Virus record (IMG/VR): IMGVR_UViG_3300020576_005098
Coordinates: 1 to 64,000 of that record
DNA: 64,000 bases
DNA from: a virus
Lineage: Duplodnaviria; Caudoviricetes
Strand: one strand, 5' to 3'
Part shown: piece after piece, positions 29,393 to 40,247 of the stretch
Layout of the letters: every line of letters begins with the position of its first letter
Position numbering within the stretch: position 1 is the stretch's first letter
Notes under the pieces: model-generated
The model's database searches: none
Told to the model about the DNA's origin: nothing
What the model saw: the letters and a program-made list of their open reading frames with translations, nothing else
Position numbers and translations under genes: made by a program

Positions 29393-31128
29393 TGTCAACA
29401 CCCACAACAACACCGGAAACATTCCCAGTCATGGAAGTCACTTTTGGCCAAGAGGGTTTGAAACAAATCCTTGAAGGAGCAGAAGTTCTTTACAAAGCTG
29501 TCAAGTCAACAATGGGACCGTCAGGCAACAACGTAATCATCGACAACGGTCAAACTGCTCCATTTATCACAAAAGACGGTGTAACAGTAGCAAAAAGCAT
29601 TCGACTCCGCTCCAAAATACCCAGCATCGGTGCTGAACTCATCAAAGAGATTGCTGGCAAAACCAATGAAAATGTTGGGGATGGAACAACTACCAGTGTG
29701 GTCTTGGGTTACTCCCTGCTTTTTCAAGGCAACAAAGTAATTTCTGCTGGGCATTCCGCGGTTGAGGTGAAGCGGGGAATGGATTTGGCAACATCCAAGG
29801 TTATTGAATGGCTGAAGGAGCACGCAACCCAAGTCAATGACCCGGAACAAATTGTCAACGTTGGAACGATTTCTGCAAACGGTGATCGTTCCATCGGAGA
29901 ACTATTGTCCGAGGCTATTTCCAAAGTCGGTCAGGATGGAATTATCACAATCGAACCTGCCAAATCCGTAAAAACAACTCTGGATGTTGTCGAAGGTTTG
30001 CAGTTCGAATCTGGATTTGTTTCTCCCTACTTTGTTACAAACCAAGAAAAACTCACTGCTGAGTTGAATGATCCATTTGTGTTGATCACCAACAGAAAAA
30101 TCTCCTCCCTTCAGGAAATTCTTCCGGTGTTGGAGTTGACAGCAAACACCAACAAGCCATTGTTGATTATTGCCGATGAGATCGAGGGTGAAGCTCTTCA
30201 TACGCTTCTTGTGAACAAAATGAAGGGTGTTGTTTTCTCTTGCGCGGTTAAAGCCCCTTCTTATGGAGAAAACCGAACAGATATTCTCTCAGACATTGCT
30301 TTGGTCACTGGGGGCAGAGTCTTTGACTCCTCTTCTGAAAAACAAATTCGCCAAGCCAACCTTCACGACCTTGGAAAGTGCAAGAAGATTATTGTTTCCA
30401 AGGGAACAACGACTCTTGTTGTTGACAACAAAGAAAAGAGGAAAGAGATTGACGAGCGAGCAGAACAACTGAGGGCTCTTCTGAACTCTCATGCTGGTCT
30501 CGATGAACTCAAGAGAGATAACACTAAGAAACGACTTGCTAAGCTTTCTGGTGGTATTGCTGTGATCAAAGTCGGTGGTTCAACAGAAGTCGAAATCTTC
30601 GAGAAAAAAGACCGGGTTGATGATGCTTTGAACGCAACCGTTGCTGCCGTTCAAGAAGGAATTCTTCCTGGTGGAGGAACAGCCTTGTTCTATGCAGCCG
30701 AATGGCTCCAAAAAGAAATGACCACAAACGAAGACTTTTTGAAGCTGACTGAGGATGAACTGGCTGGAGTAAGGGTGGTGATTGATGCTGCTCGACAACC
30801 TTTGAAAGTCATCGTCGAAAACACTGGAAAAAGCCCAGATGTTGTGATGAACGAACTTCGAAACTACGATAATCGTAAAGCAACAAAGCTCCTTGAAGAA
30901 ATCTCAGGAAAAACATCGAAGTCGATTGAAGTTGTTGATGTTTCGATCAAAGAGTCATTGGCTGGAAGATTGCGTCAAGGGTATGATGCTTACAATCATG
31001 TTTATGGAGACATGATTGAAAAAGGGATCATTGATCCTTTGAAGGTAGAGAGAAGTGCCTTGGAATATGCTTGTTCAGTTGTGGGACTTCTCCTGACAAC
31101 GAACGCGATTGTTGTAACAGATCAATGA
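29392..31128 (+). CDS. groEL: group I chaperonin GroEL-like
   Basis: [58 protein letters not shown] motifs. Confidence 0.95.
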   Translation: MSTPTTTPETFPVMEVTFGQEGLKQILEGAEVLYKAVKSTMGPSGNNVIIDNGQTAPFITKDGVTVAKSIRLRSKIPSIGAELIKEIAGKTNENVGDGTTTSVVLGYSLLFQGNKVISAGHSAVEVKRGMDLATSKVIEWLKEHATQVNDPEQIVNVGTISANGDRSIGELLSEAISKVGQDGIITIEPAKSVKTTLDVVEGLQFESGFVSPYFVTNQEKLTAELNDPFVLITNRKISSLQEILPVLELTANTNKPLLIIADEIEGEALHTLLVNKMKGVVFSCAVKAPSYGENRTDILSDIALVTGGRVFDSSSEKQIRQANLHDLGKCKKIIVSKGTTTLVVDNKEKRKEIDERAEQLRALLNSHAGLDELKRDNTKKRLAKLSGGIAVIKVGGSTEVEIFEKKDRVDDALNATVAAVQEGILPGGGTALFYAAEWLQKEMTTNEDFLKLTEDELAGVRVVIDAARQPLKVIVENTGKSPDVVMNELRNYDNRKATKLLEEISGKTSKSIEVVDVSIKESLAGRLRQGYDAYNHVYGDMIEKGIIDPLKVERSALEYACSVVGLLLTTNAIVVTDQ

Positions 31129-31137
31129 GAAAAAGTC

Positions 31138-31491
31138 GTGGCTATTGGTGATATTGTAAAAATCGGTTTTGGAAGTGCAATTCATGGGATTGCACCGGAC
31201 AACGTTCCAGTCTACGACTTGGAAAAGGATGCAGGTGGCAATATTCGATTCGATCTAAATGATTGTGCTTTTCCTCGTCCAGTTGGAGGAGTGAAGGGTG
31301 GAACGGATGGAAAGATCACTGGAATGCCTATCAAAGTGCAGCGTGCCTACGTTGAACGCATGTCGGGTAATGTAAAGCCCCTTGGCGGCGTGGACTACAT
31401 CCTACTCTTTCCAGTTCACTTTCTCCAATATCAAAGAGATGCTTATGTCCAACAGGACCATGTTCATCTTTTTCAGGGAAGGCAGCAATAA
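31138..31491 (+). CDS. hypothetical beta-rich protein
   Basis: 117 aa directly after groEL. Confidence 0.7.
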   Translation: MAIGDIVKIGFGSAIHGIAPDNVPVYDLEKDAGGNIRFDLNDCAFPRPVGGVKGGTDGKITGMPIKVQRAYVERMSGNVKPLGGVDYILLFPVHFLQYQRDAYVQQDHVHLFQGRQQ

Positions 31492-31493
31492 AC

Positions 31494-31769
31494 ATGAAGA
31501 AATGCAGCTTCTGTAGGATTATCCCAACTTTATTTTACTTGGCTGCCGATGCCTTCCTTTGGTCTACACATGCACTGTCAGTCAGAACGAATATTGGACT
31601 TTCTGTGTTGCTCGCAACATACGGGTTTGCCTACTACACAAAAACCCAGGGAGAACAAGAAGAAACCGATTTGACAATCAAATTTGTTCGAGAATTGACT
31701 TTCGCTCTGGGATGCCTGACCGCCATTCGCATCATGCTCTTGATTGGCTCCCTCAACAACATCTCTTAG
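31494..31769 (+). CDS. small membrane protein
   Basis: 91 aa with several hydrophobic segments. Confidence 0.6.
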   Translation: MKKCSFCRIIPTLFYLAADAFLWSTHALSVRTNIGLSVLLATYGFAYYTKTQGEQEETDLTIKFVRELTFALGCLTAIRIMLLIGSLNNIS

Positions 31770-31787
31770 TTTCCTTACAATCCTTCC

Positions 31788-31816
31788 TTGGATCCCTCTT
31801 CTGGTTATCTTCCACA
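31788..31816 (+). repeat. ~32-bp dispersed motif (core CTCTTCTGGTTATCTTCCAC)
   Basis: 20-bp core exact at 31796, 43658, 48811; variants at 24136 and 15534 (reverse). Confidence 0.75.
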
Positions 31817-31843
31817 AGGCAAGGATCATGCCAACGAGAAAAC

Positions 31844-32113
31844 ATGTTAAAACCAATCACTGAGCAAGAACGTGCCGCCTTCACCCTCAAGTTCCAGTTT
31901 GAAAAAGCTGTTGAAGAACTTCTTTTGGAAGCAATTGATGCTGGATACCAGGGTTATCTCGATGTTTGGCCTGAAATTTCCAAGTCCAAGTCCTCCGAAG
32001 TCCGTATGGAAGTCAAATCCAAAAAGGTTTCATTGCTAGTTGCCTCCAAGTCCCATCCGGATTGTGCTCGTTATCACGTTGTTCCCAGCAAGGGATACAA
32101 GCGAATCTCCTAA
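31844..32113 (+). CDS. hypothetical protein
   Basis: Start inferred at MLKPITEQ within the 184-aa ORF. Confidence 0.55.
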   Translation: MLKPITEQERAAFTLKFQFEKAVEELLLEAIDAGYQGYLDVWPEISKSKSSEVRMEVKSKKVSLLVASKSHPDCARYHVVPSKGYKRIS

Positions 32114-32136
32114 CTGCTGGATTCCTAGTAAAACTG

Positions 32137-33171
32137 ATGTTAGCTCCTGGCGTGAACATGCACACCCAAGGGCAAGCCATAGCATTCATTGAACGACTGT
32201 TTGGTCCAGCGAAGCTGACCAATGGTGGTCTCAATGCCAATGTTCATTGCCCCGTCTGTGCCGACCCAGACCCAAACAAAAAGAAGTTGGCAATCAGGAC
32301 GGATTGCTGGCTCACCAAATGTTGGGTTTGTGGTTTTAAGTCCAAGACAATCTATCCCCTCATTCGGCGCTATAAGCCCGAATACGGCGAGGAATTTCTT
32401 GTAACGCTAAATGGTGCGTCCCTGGTATCGGAAGCCGAGGATAATGCCTCCAGGCTCGATTACGGAGCATCTATTTCACTCCCCATTGGCTTCCAACTTC
32501 TTGCTGAATGGTTTGATCAAAAAACCAAAGGAGATGTTCCTCTTCACATTCGACAAGCACTGAGGTATCTCACAACGGAAAGAAAATTGTCAGAACGAGA
32601 TCTTTGGTATTTCAAGCTGGGAGTTACCAGTGTTGACGAGGACTATAAAAACAGAATCATCATTCCTTCTCATGACCAAGAAGGTAATTTGAATTTCTTC
32701 ACGGCAAGGGGTTACAAACCTTTCGTCAAACCAAAATACTTCAATCCATTTTTTAGGAGGGAGACAGCGGTGTTCAATGAAATCAACATTGACTGGGAAG
32801 ACGAACTCACAATTGTTGAAGGTCCATTTGACATGTTCAAGGTTAATGACAATGCCACTTGTTTGCTGGGCAAGGAATTGACAATCCAGTGTGCCTTGTT
32901 TCAACAGATCGTTAAGCACAACACCAAAGTTCTTTTGTGCTTGGACAACGATGCAATCAAACAAACCCTGGAGATAGCTAAACTGCTTTATTCGTATGGT
33001 ATTTCTGTCAGAGTGATGGAGTTACCAGAGGGTCTGAAAGATCCTGGGGATTTGAGTTCGAGAGAAGAGTTTCAATTGTTGGTTGAAACCAATACCGTTG
33101 AGTACAACGAGATGTACTCGCTAAGAAAGAAAGTAGACAACACAAATGCCAAGAATCGCCTTTTTGTCTGA
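32137..33171 (+). CDS. dnaG: DNA primase (DnaG/gp61-like)
   Basis: Zn-binding CPVC...CWVC; RIIIP; TOPRIM IVEGPFD and LCLDND; start approximate. Confidence 0.9.
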   Translation: MLAPGVNMHTQGQAIAFIERLFGPAKLTNGGLNANVHCPVCADPDPNKKKLAIRTDCWLTKCWVCGFKSKTIYPLIRRYKPEYGEEFLVTLNGASLVSEAEDNASRLDYGASISLPIGFQLLAEWFDQKTKGDVPLHIRQALRYLTTERKLSERDLWYFKLGVTSVDEDYKNRIIIPSHDQEGNLNFFTARGYKPFVKPKYFNPFFRRETAVFNEINIDWEDELTIVEGPFDMFKVNDNATCLLGKELTIQCALFQQIVKHNTKVLLCLDNDAIKQTLEIAKLLYSYGISVRVMELPEGLKDPGDLSSREEFQLLVETNTVEYNEMYSLRKKVDNTNAKNRLFV

Positions 33172-36100
33172 TATCCATTGGCGTGGAGTGACAAGGCACG
33201 AAGAATACCATCAAGTGTTCTCTCGTGTTTTTCAAGCTCTCAAAGAAGAGATCAAGCCCGATTACATCATGATTGGAGGAGATATCTTCCACACCAAAAC
33301 ACAATCAATCACACCAGAAGCGATTGATTGCATCACTTGGATGTTCAGAAACCTTGCTGAAATTGCTCCTGTTTATTCCATCCTGGGAAATCATGATGGA
33401 AACCTCACCAATGAAAACAGGCAAGATACAATCAGCCCAATTGTTTCAGCCATGAACAATTCCAGAATCACACTCTTCAAGAAGAGTGGGAACCACATCA
33501 TCCCTGGAACTAATATCAATCTGTGTGTATTTTCTCCGTTTGATGAGGCAGGTTGGAGTATTGTTTCACCAGATGAAGACCTGATCAATGTTGTGATGTT
33601 TCACGGCGCTGTAAAAGGCTGCAAGACCGACTCTGATTGGGTTATGACTTCGGGCGAAGTGGAACTGTCAATGTTCCAGCCATATGATTTTGCCCTTCTT
33701 GGAGACATTCACAAACATCAGTATCTGGATTATCGGAATCACTCAGGACCAACGAGGAACATGAAGCCCTGGATTGGTTATCCTGGATCTCTCATCCAAC
33801 AAAACTATGGCGAAGAACTCGTAAAGGGATTTCAGGTTTGGGATATTCGGTCAAAAACCGATTGGGATGTTTCGTTCCACCCGGTTCACAATGACTATCA
33901 ATACATCACTGTTTCTTGGACGGGAGATGTTGATTCCACTTTGGCAGAAGCACTCATTCTGGTTGATGATAACCTGAAAAACAAAAGAGTGAGAGTCACT
34001 GGTGGTTCCTCAACCATTTTTCCCCTGCAAAAGAAACAACTTGCTGATCTTTTCAAGGAAAAGCACGGCGCTGCTGAAATCTTCTTTTCCCAAGACCCGA
34101 GGAAAGATGCCGAGCAGGATGAAAAAAGGATTCAAAGCAAGACAACAAGTTTGAGGAATGACCCAGAAGAACTTTGTAGACTTTATGACACTTTCATTGA
34201 AACAGACACAAAGTCCTCTTCTTTGAGAGAAGATCAAAAACAAACAGCCAAGAAATTCATTCGTTCAACTCTCACCAAGGTAAGGAACCAAGAAGAGTTG
34301 GAAGAGGGCGCTTCTAGGGATGTTGTCTGGAGCATTAAGAGTTTGGAATGGGAGAACTTGTATCGGTATGGGGCCGATGACAACCAAATCAACTTCTCTC
34401 GGCTCAATGGAATCACGGGAATTTTTTCCCCAAACAAGACGGGAAAAAGTTCTGTTGTTGGAGCACTGATGTTTGCTCTTTACAACACAACTGATCGCGG
34501 CCCTGTGAAAAGTGCCTATCTTATCAACAAAAACAAGAACAGTGGTTCTGCCAAGGTCGTTTTCAATGTTGCTGGGGTGGATTATCACCTTGAAAGAACG
34601 GTCACAAAATCAATCAAACGAGGTGGTGTTGTTGACGAAGAAAAAGCAGCAACCAAACTCTCTCTGAGTCGTGTTGACAAAGAAGGCAACAAAGAAGAGT
34701 TGCTTTCTGAGAATGCCGACTCCAGAACAGACACAGATAAAGTTGTTCGTAAACTCATTGGAACTTCACAAGACTTTTTGATGACTGCATTTGCTTCGCA
34801 AGGAGGAATGAACCGTTTCATCGAAGAAGGATCGACTCAAAGGAAAGCAATTCTGAACAGGTTTCTGGATCTTGATATCTTTGAGAAGCTTCACAAGCTT
34901 GCAAATGAGGAGTTGCAAACTTGCAATATCAAGGCAACCAGCTTTGCCGGTTCTCCGAAAGATATTGAGATTTTGGAAGATCGAATTCGGCAGTTGAATG
35001 ATGAAATTGAGCACACTCAGAGCAAGCTGGATGATTGCAAACCCAGAAGAGACTCTGTGCGTCTTTGGCTGAAAGCGCACGGGTATGAAAAACGTCTTGA
35101 GTTGAAAAACAAGGTTAGGCAACTAAATTCTCTTGTTGCTTCTTTGGAAAAGGATTTGGAGGCTGGGAAGCTGGAGTGTCAACGGCTTATTTCTTCTCAA
35201 GACAAGATTGTGGCAGAAGCAAATTCCTTGGAAGGTTTTCTGTCGCTTGCGGAAGCTGAAACGGTTTTGGCTGAGAAGTTGAAGGCTCTTAGGCACGAAA
35301 CGACCATTCTCTCACAGTGTCTTGGTGATTTGGCGGCTGCTCAAAAAGAGTTGTTGAGGAAAGAAGGAAACGTAAAGAAGTTGAGTGTTGTTCCATGTGG
35401 AACTTCTTTCCCTTCTTGCCACTACATCAAAGATGCCCACGAAGATCAAGCAACAATCCAAAAGCAAAAACAGATAGTCGATGAAGAATCAAAAGCCTAT
35501 GAAACCCAAAAGACATTGGTTGAAAATCTGAAAAGAGAAAACGCTGAGAAGGCTTTGGAAGAAATCAGACAGAAAAAAACAAGGCTTCATCAACTTGGAA
35601 TGGAACAGGTTAGGATTGAGGGAGCAATCAACAAAATCAACTCAGAGATTTCTCTACAGGAAACCAAGTTGAGTGGTCTCCAAGAAGAGTTGAAACAGGT
35701 CCAAAGTGTTCTCAGCAACCAAGAGGATTTGGATGAAAAAATCGTTGAAGAACAAGAATTGGAACAAGAGTGCAAGGTTTGTGAAGACAAGCTCAAGGCT
35801 CTGTGGTTGCAACTGGGAGCGGCAACAAACAAACTTGAACAAGTAAAACATGACGCAACAAAAATCGCAGAAATTCTGGAGCAGCAGCTTGTTTTCGACA
35901 GCATCGTCCGAGCCTTCTCAAAAACAGGCATCCCAGCCTTTGTACTGAAAAACAAACTTCCAGCAATCAACACGCAGTTGGATGGAATTTTGGGTGGAGT
36001 GGTTCCGTTCAGACTCCAATTGGAAACCGAGATCGGAAGCAACGCCTTGGATGTTTTCATCGAGGACAGAGACAGCAGGAGGGTTATTGAGCTTGCTTCC

Positions 36101-36370
36101 GGCATGGAAAAGATGGTTGCTTCTCTTGCTCTTCGGGTGGCGCTAATAAACCTCTCAAGCCTGCCAAGGCCCGATCTTTTTATCATCGACGAATCATTCG
36201 GCTCCCTGGACTCTGAAAACTGCGGAAGAGTGATTGAGTTGCTTCAATCTATCAAAAGCAGGTTCAAAACCGTGTTGATTATCACCCATGTTGATGAAAT
36301 AAAAGAAGCGGCAACAACAATTTTGACTATCAATAACAGCGGGCCAACAAGCTCTATCTCCTTCCCCTGA
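33146..36370 (+). CDS. fused SbcD/Mre11 nuclease-SbcC/Rad50 ATPase (gp47-gp46-like)
   Basis: SDIH, GGDIFH, GNHD, GDIH phosphoesterase motifs; Walker A SPNKTGKS; coiled coil with CGTSFPSC; ASGMEK signature; IIDESFGSLD. Confidence 0.92.
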   Translation: MPRIAFLSDIHWRGVTRHEEYHQVFSRVFQALKEEIKPDYIMIGGDIFHTKTQSITPEAIDCITWMFRNLAEIAPVYSILGNHDGNLTNENRQDTISPIVSAMNNSRITLFKKSGNHIIPGTNINLCVFSPFDEAGWSIVSPDEDLINVVMFHGAVKGCKTDSDWVMTSGEVELSMFQPYDFALLGDIHKHQYLDYRNHSGPTRNMKPWIGYPGSLIQQNYGEELVKGFQVWDIRSKTDWDVSFHPVHNDYQYITVSWTGDVDSTLAEALILVDDNLKNKRVRVTGGSSTIFPLQKKQLADLFKEKHGAAEIFFSQDPRKDAEQDEKRIQSKTTSLRNDPEELCRLYDTFIETDTKSSSLREDQKQTAKKFIRSTLTKVRNQEELEEGASRDVVWSIKSLEWENLYRYGADDNQINFSRLNGITGIFSPNKTGKSSVVGALMFALYNTTDRGPVKSAYLINKNKNSGSAKVVFNVAGVDYHLERTVTKSIKRGGVVDEEKAATKLSLSRVDKEGNKEELLSENADSRTDTDKVVRKLIGTSQDFLMTAFASQGGMNRFIEEGSTQRKAILNRFLDLDIFEKLHKLANEELQTCNIKATSFAGSPKDIEILEDRIRQLNDEIEHTQSKLDDCKPRRDSVRLWLKAHGYEKRLELKNKVRQLNSLVASLEKDLEAGKLECQRLISSQDKIVAEANSLEGFLSLAEAETVLAEKLKALRHETTILSQCLGDLAAAQKELLRKEGNVKKLSVVPCGTSFPSCHYIKDAHEDQATIQKQKQIVDEESKAYETQKTLVENLKRENAEKALEEIRQKKTRLHQLGMEQVRIEGAINKINSEISLQETKLSGLQEELKQVQSVLSNQEDLDEKIVEEQELEQECKVCEDKLKALWLQLGAATNKLEQVKHDATKIAEILEQQLVFDSIVRAFSKTGIPAFVLKNKLPAINTQLDGILGGVVPFRLQLETEIGSNALDVFIEDRDSRRVIELASGMEKMVASLALRVALINLSSLPRPDLFIIDESFGSLDSENCGRVIELLQSIKSRFKTVLIITHVDEIKEAATTILTINNSGPTSSISFP

Positions 36371-36451
36371 AGAAACCCCTTGACCGAGAATATTCCACCA
36401 GCTATAGTTGGGATGTCTCGGTCACTTCAACTCCTTCAAAGGAACAAATAA

Positions 36452-36721
36452 ATGGCAGTGAATAGTAAGCAGAATCTCGTAGAGCAGGTATATCGTTTTG
36501 TTGTCCGCGCTTCCCAGTCTCACTGGGATTCGAATGATCACTTCAATGATCTTGAAGCTGTAGGTCTTCTCAAGACCTTTGCCGATCAACTGACACCAAA
36601 CGAGTATCAATCTCTCATGAACGGATGGTCCCAAATCCGAAATGATGAGGGAGACGCAACTATGCGTGATGCTCTCGACGCAATCACGGAACGTCTGCAA
36701 AACAGCTACGTTACCCACTAA
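36452..36721 (+). CDS. hypothetical protein
   Basis: 89 aa; TTGACC-N17-TATAGT promoter at 36380-36408. Confidence 0.65.
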   Translation: MAVNSKQNLVEQVYRFVVRASQSHWDSNDHFNDLEAVGLLKTFADQLTPNEYQSLMNGWSQIRNDEGDATMRDALDAITERLQNSYVTH

Positions 36722-36821
36722 CCTTTTCCCGTCACCTAAACCCTAACCCAAAACACAAGGACAAGAATCCTCTTCTTGGTCCCGTTTTGGCATTTTCATC
36801 ATCAACAAGAAAGAAGAATAA

Positions 36822-37301
36822 ATGCTCGAATTGGTACTGGCCTTGATTACTCTGTTTCCTCACTCTCCCTCCAGAGATTGCTTGATTGCTCGACGCCATC
36901 AAATCGCTTCCGTTTTGGAAGCATCTCAGGAGAGATTCCCAGAAATACCACCGGAATTGGTTTTGGCTGTGGGATTCATGGAAACACACAATGGATGTGA
37001 TCGCAATGAAGGAGGGAACTGGGGCGCCCCTATTTCCAATCAACAACGTCACACAGCAGGAAGACCAATCCAAGCGGCAGCTTCTCTTTGGACTTCGTAT
37101 GAACGCTGCAACCATTCCTGGGAAGCGGCAACCCGACGATTTCGCACTGGACTCTGCTCGCCATCCGTGCTAGGAACTCCTTATTCCAGGACAGCAGCAC
37201 GGCTTGTCAGTCGCATTCAAGCGGAAGTCATTCGCAACCAAGAAGATTCTTCTCGTGTTTGCCGAATTGATCCAACGCTTGAACGTTGTCATGCCTGCTA
37301 G
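36822..37301 (+). CDS. lytic transglycosylase/lysozyme-like protein
   Basis: Hydrophobic N-terminus; PELVLAVGFMETH catalytic-Glu helix resembling SLT domains. Confidence 0.5.
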   Translation: MLELVLALITLFPHSPSRDCLIARRHQIASVLEASQERFPEIPPELVLAVGFMETHNGCDRNEGGNWGAPISNQQRHTAGRPIQAAASLWTSYERCNHSWEAATRRFRTGLCSPSVLGTPYSRTAARLVSRIQAEVIRNQEDSSRVCRIDPTLERCHAC

Positions 37302-37342
37302 CCTTCCGTACTAGCAACCCCTTCCCATCAAAGGACAAAGCC

Positions 37343-38272
37343 ATGACCCTTGGTCTTTGTTGTCACTTTCTCGAACAGCACGGTTCTTCCTACCAAAATT
37401 CCATCAACGAAAAGTCCATGCAGCTTGGTAGGTTCCGTGCTGGCGCCTACTCCCAATCCTATATTCATAGTCTCTACATCAACAACCTCCAGGAAATCAT
37501 TCGGCTGCTCCCCAAGCTCGTTTCTAACAACATCAAGTGTTTTAGAATCTCCAGCAGCACCTTTCCTCTGTTCGAGTTCAACAAACAGTTGATCGAAGAC
37601 AGCAAGGATATTAGAGACCTTCTAAATCGAGCAGGAAGGGGTTATCTGGGCGCTGGAATTAGGGTGACTACCCATCCTGGTCAATTCACCGTTCTAAGCT
37701 CAGATAAGCCTTCTACGGTCACGGCAGCTATCACCGAGTTGGATTTTCACGGTTGGGTATTTGATGCTATGGGTTTTCCTCAGACTCCTGAGTATGCCAT
37801 CAATGTCCACGGTGGGAAATCTGATCGTCACCAACAACTCGTTGCCGGAATTTCCAGTCTGTCTGTTGGTGCAAGGAAGCGTTTGACTCTGGAAAACGAT
37901 GAGAGTTCTTATAGTGTCCGACAACTGCTTGCTGTTTCTGAAGAAACTGGTGTGCCTGTTTGTTTTGACAGTCATCACCACACCTTCAATGAAGATGGCT
38001 TGAGCCTGGAGGATGCTTATGGTCTTTCTGTTTTGACTTGGAAACGTCGCGGCTGTAAACCACTCCAGCACATTAGCAATTCCACACCCAACCTGCCGGA
38101 TGATAGTTCGTTCCAAGACAAAAGGAAACACAGTGATTTTATCCACCATGTTCCAGAATGCCAGTTGATTGGGCTATTGAAGGATGAAGTTGATGTGGAA
38201 GTAGAAGCCAAGATGAAAAACTTGGCTCTGCTGAAGATGCGAGAGATGTTTCTAAAACATCCCGATGTTTAG
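37343..38272 (+). CDS. uvsE: UV-damage endonuclease UvsE
   Basis: FRISS, RVTTHPGQFTVLSS, INVHGG, LTLENDE, CFDSHHH, KPLQHIS, HSDF, VEVEAKMK. Confidence 0.92.
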   Translation: MTLGLCCHFLEQHGSSYQNSINEKSMQLGRFRAGAYSQSYIHSLYINNLQEIIRLLPKLVSNNIKCFRISSSTFPLFEFNKQLIEDSKDIRDLLNRAGRGYLGAGIRVTTHPGQFTVLSSDKPSTVTAAITELDFHGWVFDAMGFPQTPEYAINVHGGKSDRHQQLVAGISSLSVGARKRLTLENDESSYSVRQLLAVSEETGVPVCFDSHHHTFNEDGLSLEDAYGLSVLTWKRRGCKPLQHISNSTPNLPDDSSFQDKRKHSDFIHHVPECQLIGLLKDEVDVEVEAKMKNLALLKMREMFLKHPDV

Positions 38273-39442
38273 TTGTTGAGACAAGATTCCACCTCTCGTA
38301 TTCCTAACTTCAACAAGGAATTTGGAAGTGGTTGTTGTGATGTGAACGCTGAGTTGTTTGGAAGATTGTTTGTCGTTGGTGTAGTATGGATACAAAATCC
38401 TCACCGAAACAACATCACCAACCAACTCAAGTGTTTTGTCTGGAGATGATAAATCCACAACCTTGAGATCGTTTCCAGAGAGTTGTTTGACGTAATAAAA
38501 TCCAAATCCAACTTGGGCGGCTAGGAAACTAGCAACAGCAAAAGAATCAAACTGAGGGCTTGGATCCATCCTTTCCATCCCAGATGAAACCTTGTTCACA
38601 TAGTCTGTAAGACCTTGTGCAACTTTTTCTTTGGAAACCCCCAGAGCAGAAATAAACTCATCTGTCATTGGAAAAAGCCTTGAAGGTTTCTCCTCTACTG
38701 TTCTTGTGGATGGGTTCCAGACGAAGGCGTCCGAATAGCCTGTGTTGGCAAAAGTGTTGCCCCTCAAACCTTTAACACTGAGATAAACCACATCCCCATC
38801 TCTCAACCAAATTCCAAAATCAGCAACCGCAGATCCAATGTTGGAAATGGTTTTTCTGAAAGGGTTGATTCCCTTGGGCATGGCCGGGGAGATTTTTTCA
38901 ACACGTTCAATCTCATCTTGAGAGATTCCCAACTTTTCAATCAAGGAATCCCAGAGCTTTCCTGTTCTGGAAATGGTGGAAGTTGAGAGGTCATTCTCAA
39001 AATCGTGTCCTCTGTTTCCACCAGCACCAAACACAACTGGAATGATTTCTTTCTTGTTCGGGGAATGAATCAGGTAGGTGTTGTATTTTCCACTGGAAGA
39101 TTTCGGGGCGCCTGGAGGGATAACCTCAGTGTCAAATCCTTCCAACGCTTGCTTCATAAGCCCTGAGATGCTCTCTTTGTTGTCTGGGGAGGTGAGAAGA
39201 AGACGATAGGCGCCTTTCCTTTTCTGTGGAGCAAGTCGAAAACTTCCATTGGTTTTGGAAATGATTGATTGAAGAACAGAAGAACTGGAAGACGTGGATA
39301 GAACTTCCACATTCGAGTCTGTTCCTGTTTCTAAAGGTGTTGTTCCGTTGAGAGTAAGCATGATTTTTTCCGCATCCGTCTCGATACTACGCTCCTCCAT
39401 GAACAGTATTTTAAGCAGTTTCACTGAGGAATCAGTATTCAT
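38252..39442 (-). CDS. putative PD-(D/E)xK nuclease-fold protein
   Basis: GNRGHDFEN helix then ADF...VYLSVK; N-terminal LKILFMEE; start taken at MNTD. Confidence 0.5.
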   Translation of the reverse strand: MNTDSSVKLLKILFMEERSIETDAEKIMLTLNGTTPLETGTDSNVEVLSTSSSSSVLQSIISKTNGSFRLAPQKRKGAYRLLLTSPDNKESISGLMKQALEGFDTEVIPPGAPKSSSGKYNTYLIHSPNKKEIIPVVFGAGGNRGHDFENDLSTSTISRTGKLWDSLIEKLGISQDEIERVEKISPAMPKGINPFRKTISNIGSAVADFGIWLRDGDVVYLSVKGLRGNTFANTGYSDAFVWNPSTRTVEEKPSRLFPMTDEFISALGVSKEKVAQGLTDYVNKVSSGMERMDPSPQFDSFAVASFLAAQVGFGFYYVKQLSGNDLKVVDLSSPDKTLELVGDVVSVRILYPYYTNDKQSSKQLSVHITTTTSKFLVEVRNTRGGILSQQLNIGMF

Positions 39443-39471
39443 TGGTTTCCACCTCAAACATATCACTAGGT

Positions 39472-39741
39472 ATGAAATCCGATAAACACATTGATGTGCT
39501 AGAGAATGGAAAGGTTGTTGTTATCAAACCAGCGGACCTGGACAAAATAATTGTTCCCTTCTTTTGCCCAGGTTGCGAGTATCCCATGAAAACGGCTGGG
39601 GATGCTTCGTCCTTTAGGAGAAGTGGGAAGTGCGAAATGTGTGAGTTGTGTCAACCTCCAAGAGATAAAACAGATCCAAGGTGGGCTGTTTACCTGGAGA
39701 AGCGTCACAGAGCTTTTCTACCCAACCTCACCATGAAATGA
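39472..39741 (+). CDS. small zinc-finger protein
   Basis: CPGC...CEMC pairs; start at MKSDK. Confidence 0.65.
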   Translation: MKSDKHIDVLENGKVVVIKPADLDKIIVPFFCPGCEYPMKTAGDASSFRRSGKCEMCELCQPPRDKTDPRWAVYLEKRHRAFLPNLTMK

Positions 39742-39763
39742 TCCATAGTTACCCAGCAAAACT

Positions 39764-40225
39764 ATGCCGATTCAACAAAAAGCACGCTATCGAATCTTGG
39801 CTGGATTGCTGGATACTTCCTTCGGCAGAGCCTCAGAAAAACACCCTCAATCCAATCACTTTCTCAAAATGACAATGCCGCTCGAAAACACTATCGAGTG
39901 TAAAGCTCAAATCATTGTGAACATGGGGGATTCAACCAACATGTATGTCGCTCTCAGAAAGAAATTTCGAGAAGAACTCCTTGACCTCATCAAGAAGCGG
40001 TTGGAAAAGATTTCAGAAGAATATGCAGAGGCAGTGAAGCAATCAAATAACAAAGATTTGCTGTCTTACCACAAACAGCCTCACGAAAAACCTGCTGAGA
40101 AATCTGTGACTTTGAAGGTGGATAACAGCACCATCCAAGAATGGCTGGAACATATCTCTATGAGTGCTTACAGAACTAACAAGACCTGCATCTATCACCT
40201 CAACTGCCTCGTAACAGTCTCATAA
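39764..40225 (+). CDS. hypothetical protein
   Basis: 153 aa; TAGTTA motif upstream. Confidence 0.7.
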   Translation: MPIQQKARYRILAGLLDTSFGRASEKHPQSNHFLKMTMPLENTIECKAQIIVNMGDSTNMYVALRKKFREELLDLIKKRLEKISEEYAEAVKQSNNKDLLSYHKQPHEKPAEKSVTLKVDNSTIQEWLEHISMSAYRTNKTCIYHLNCLVTVS

Positions 40226-40247
40226 AGCCATTTGCCTATTTACAGGC

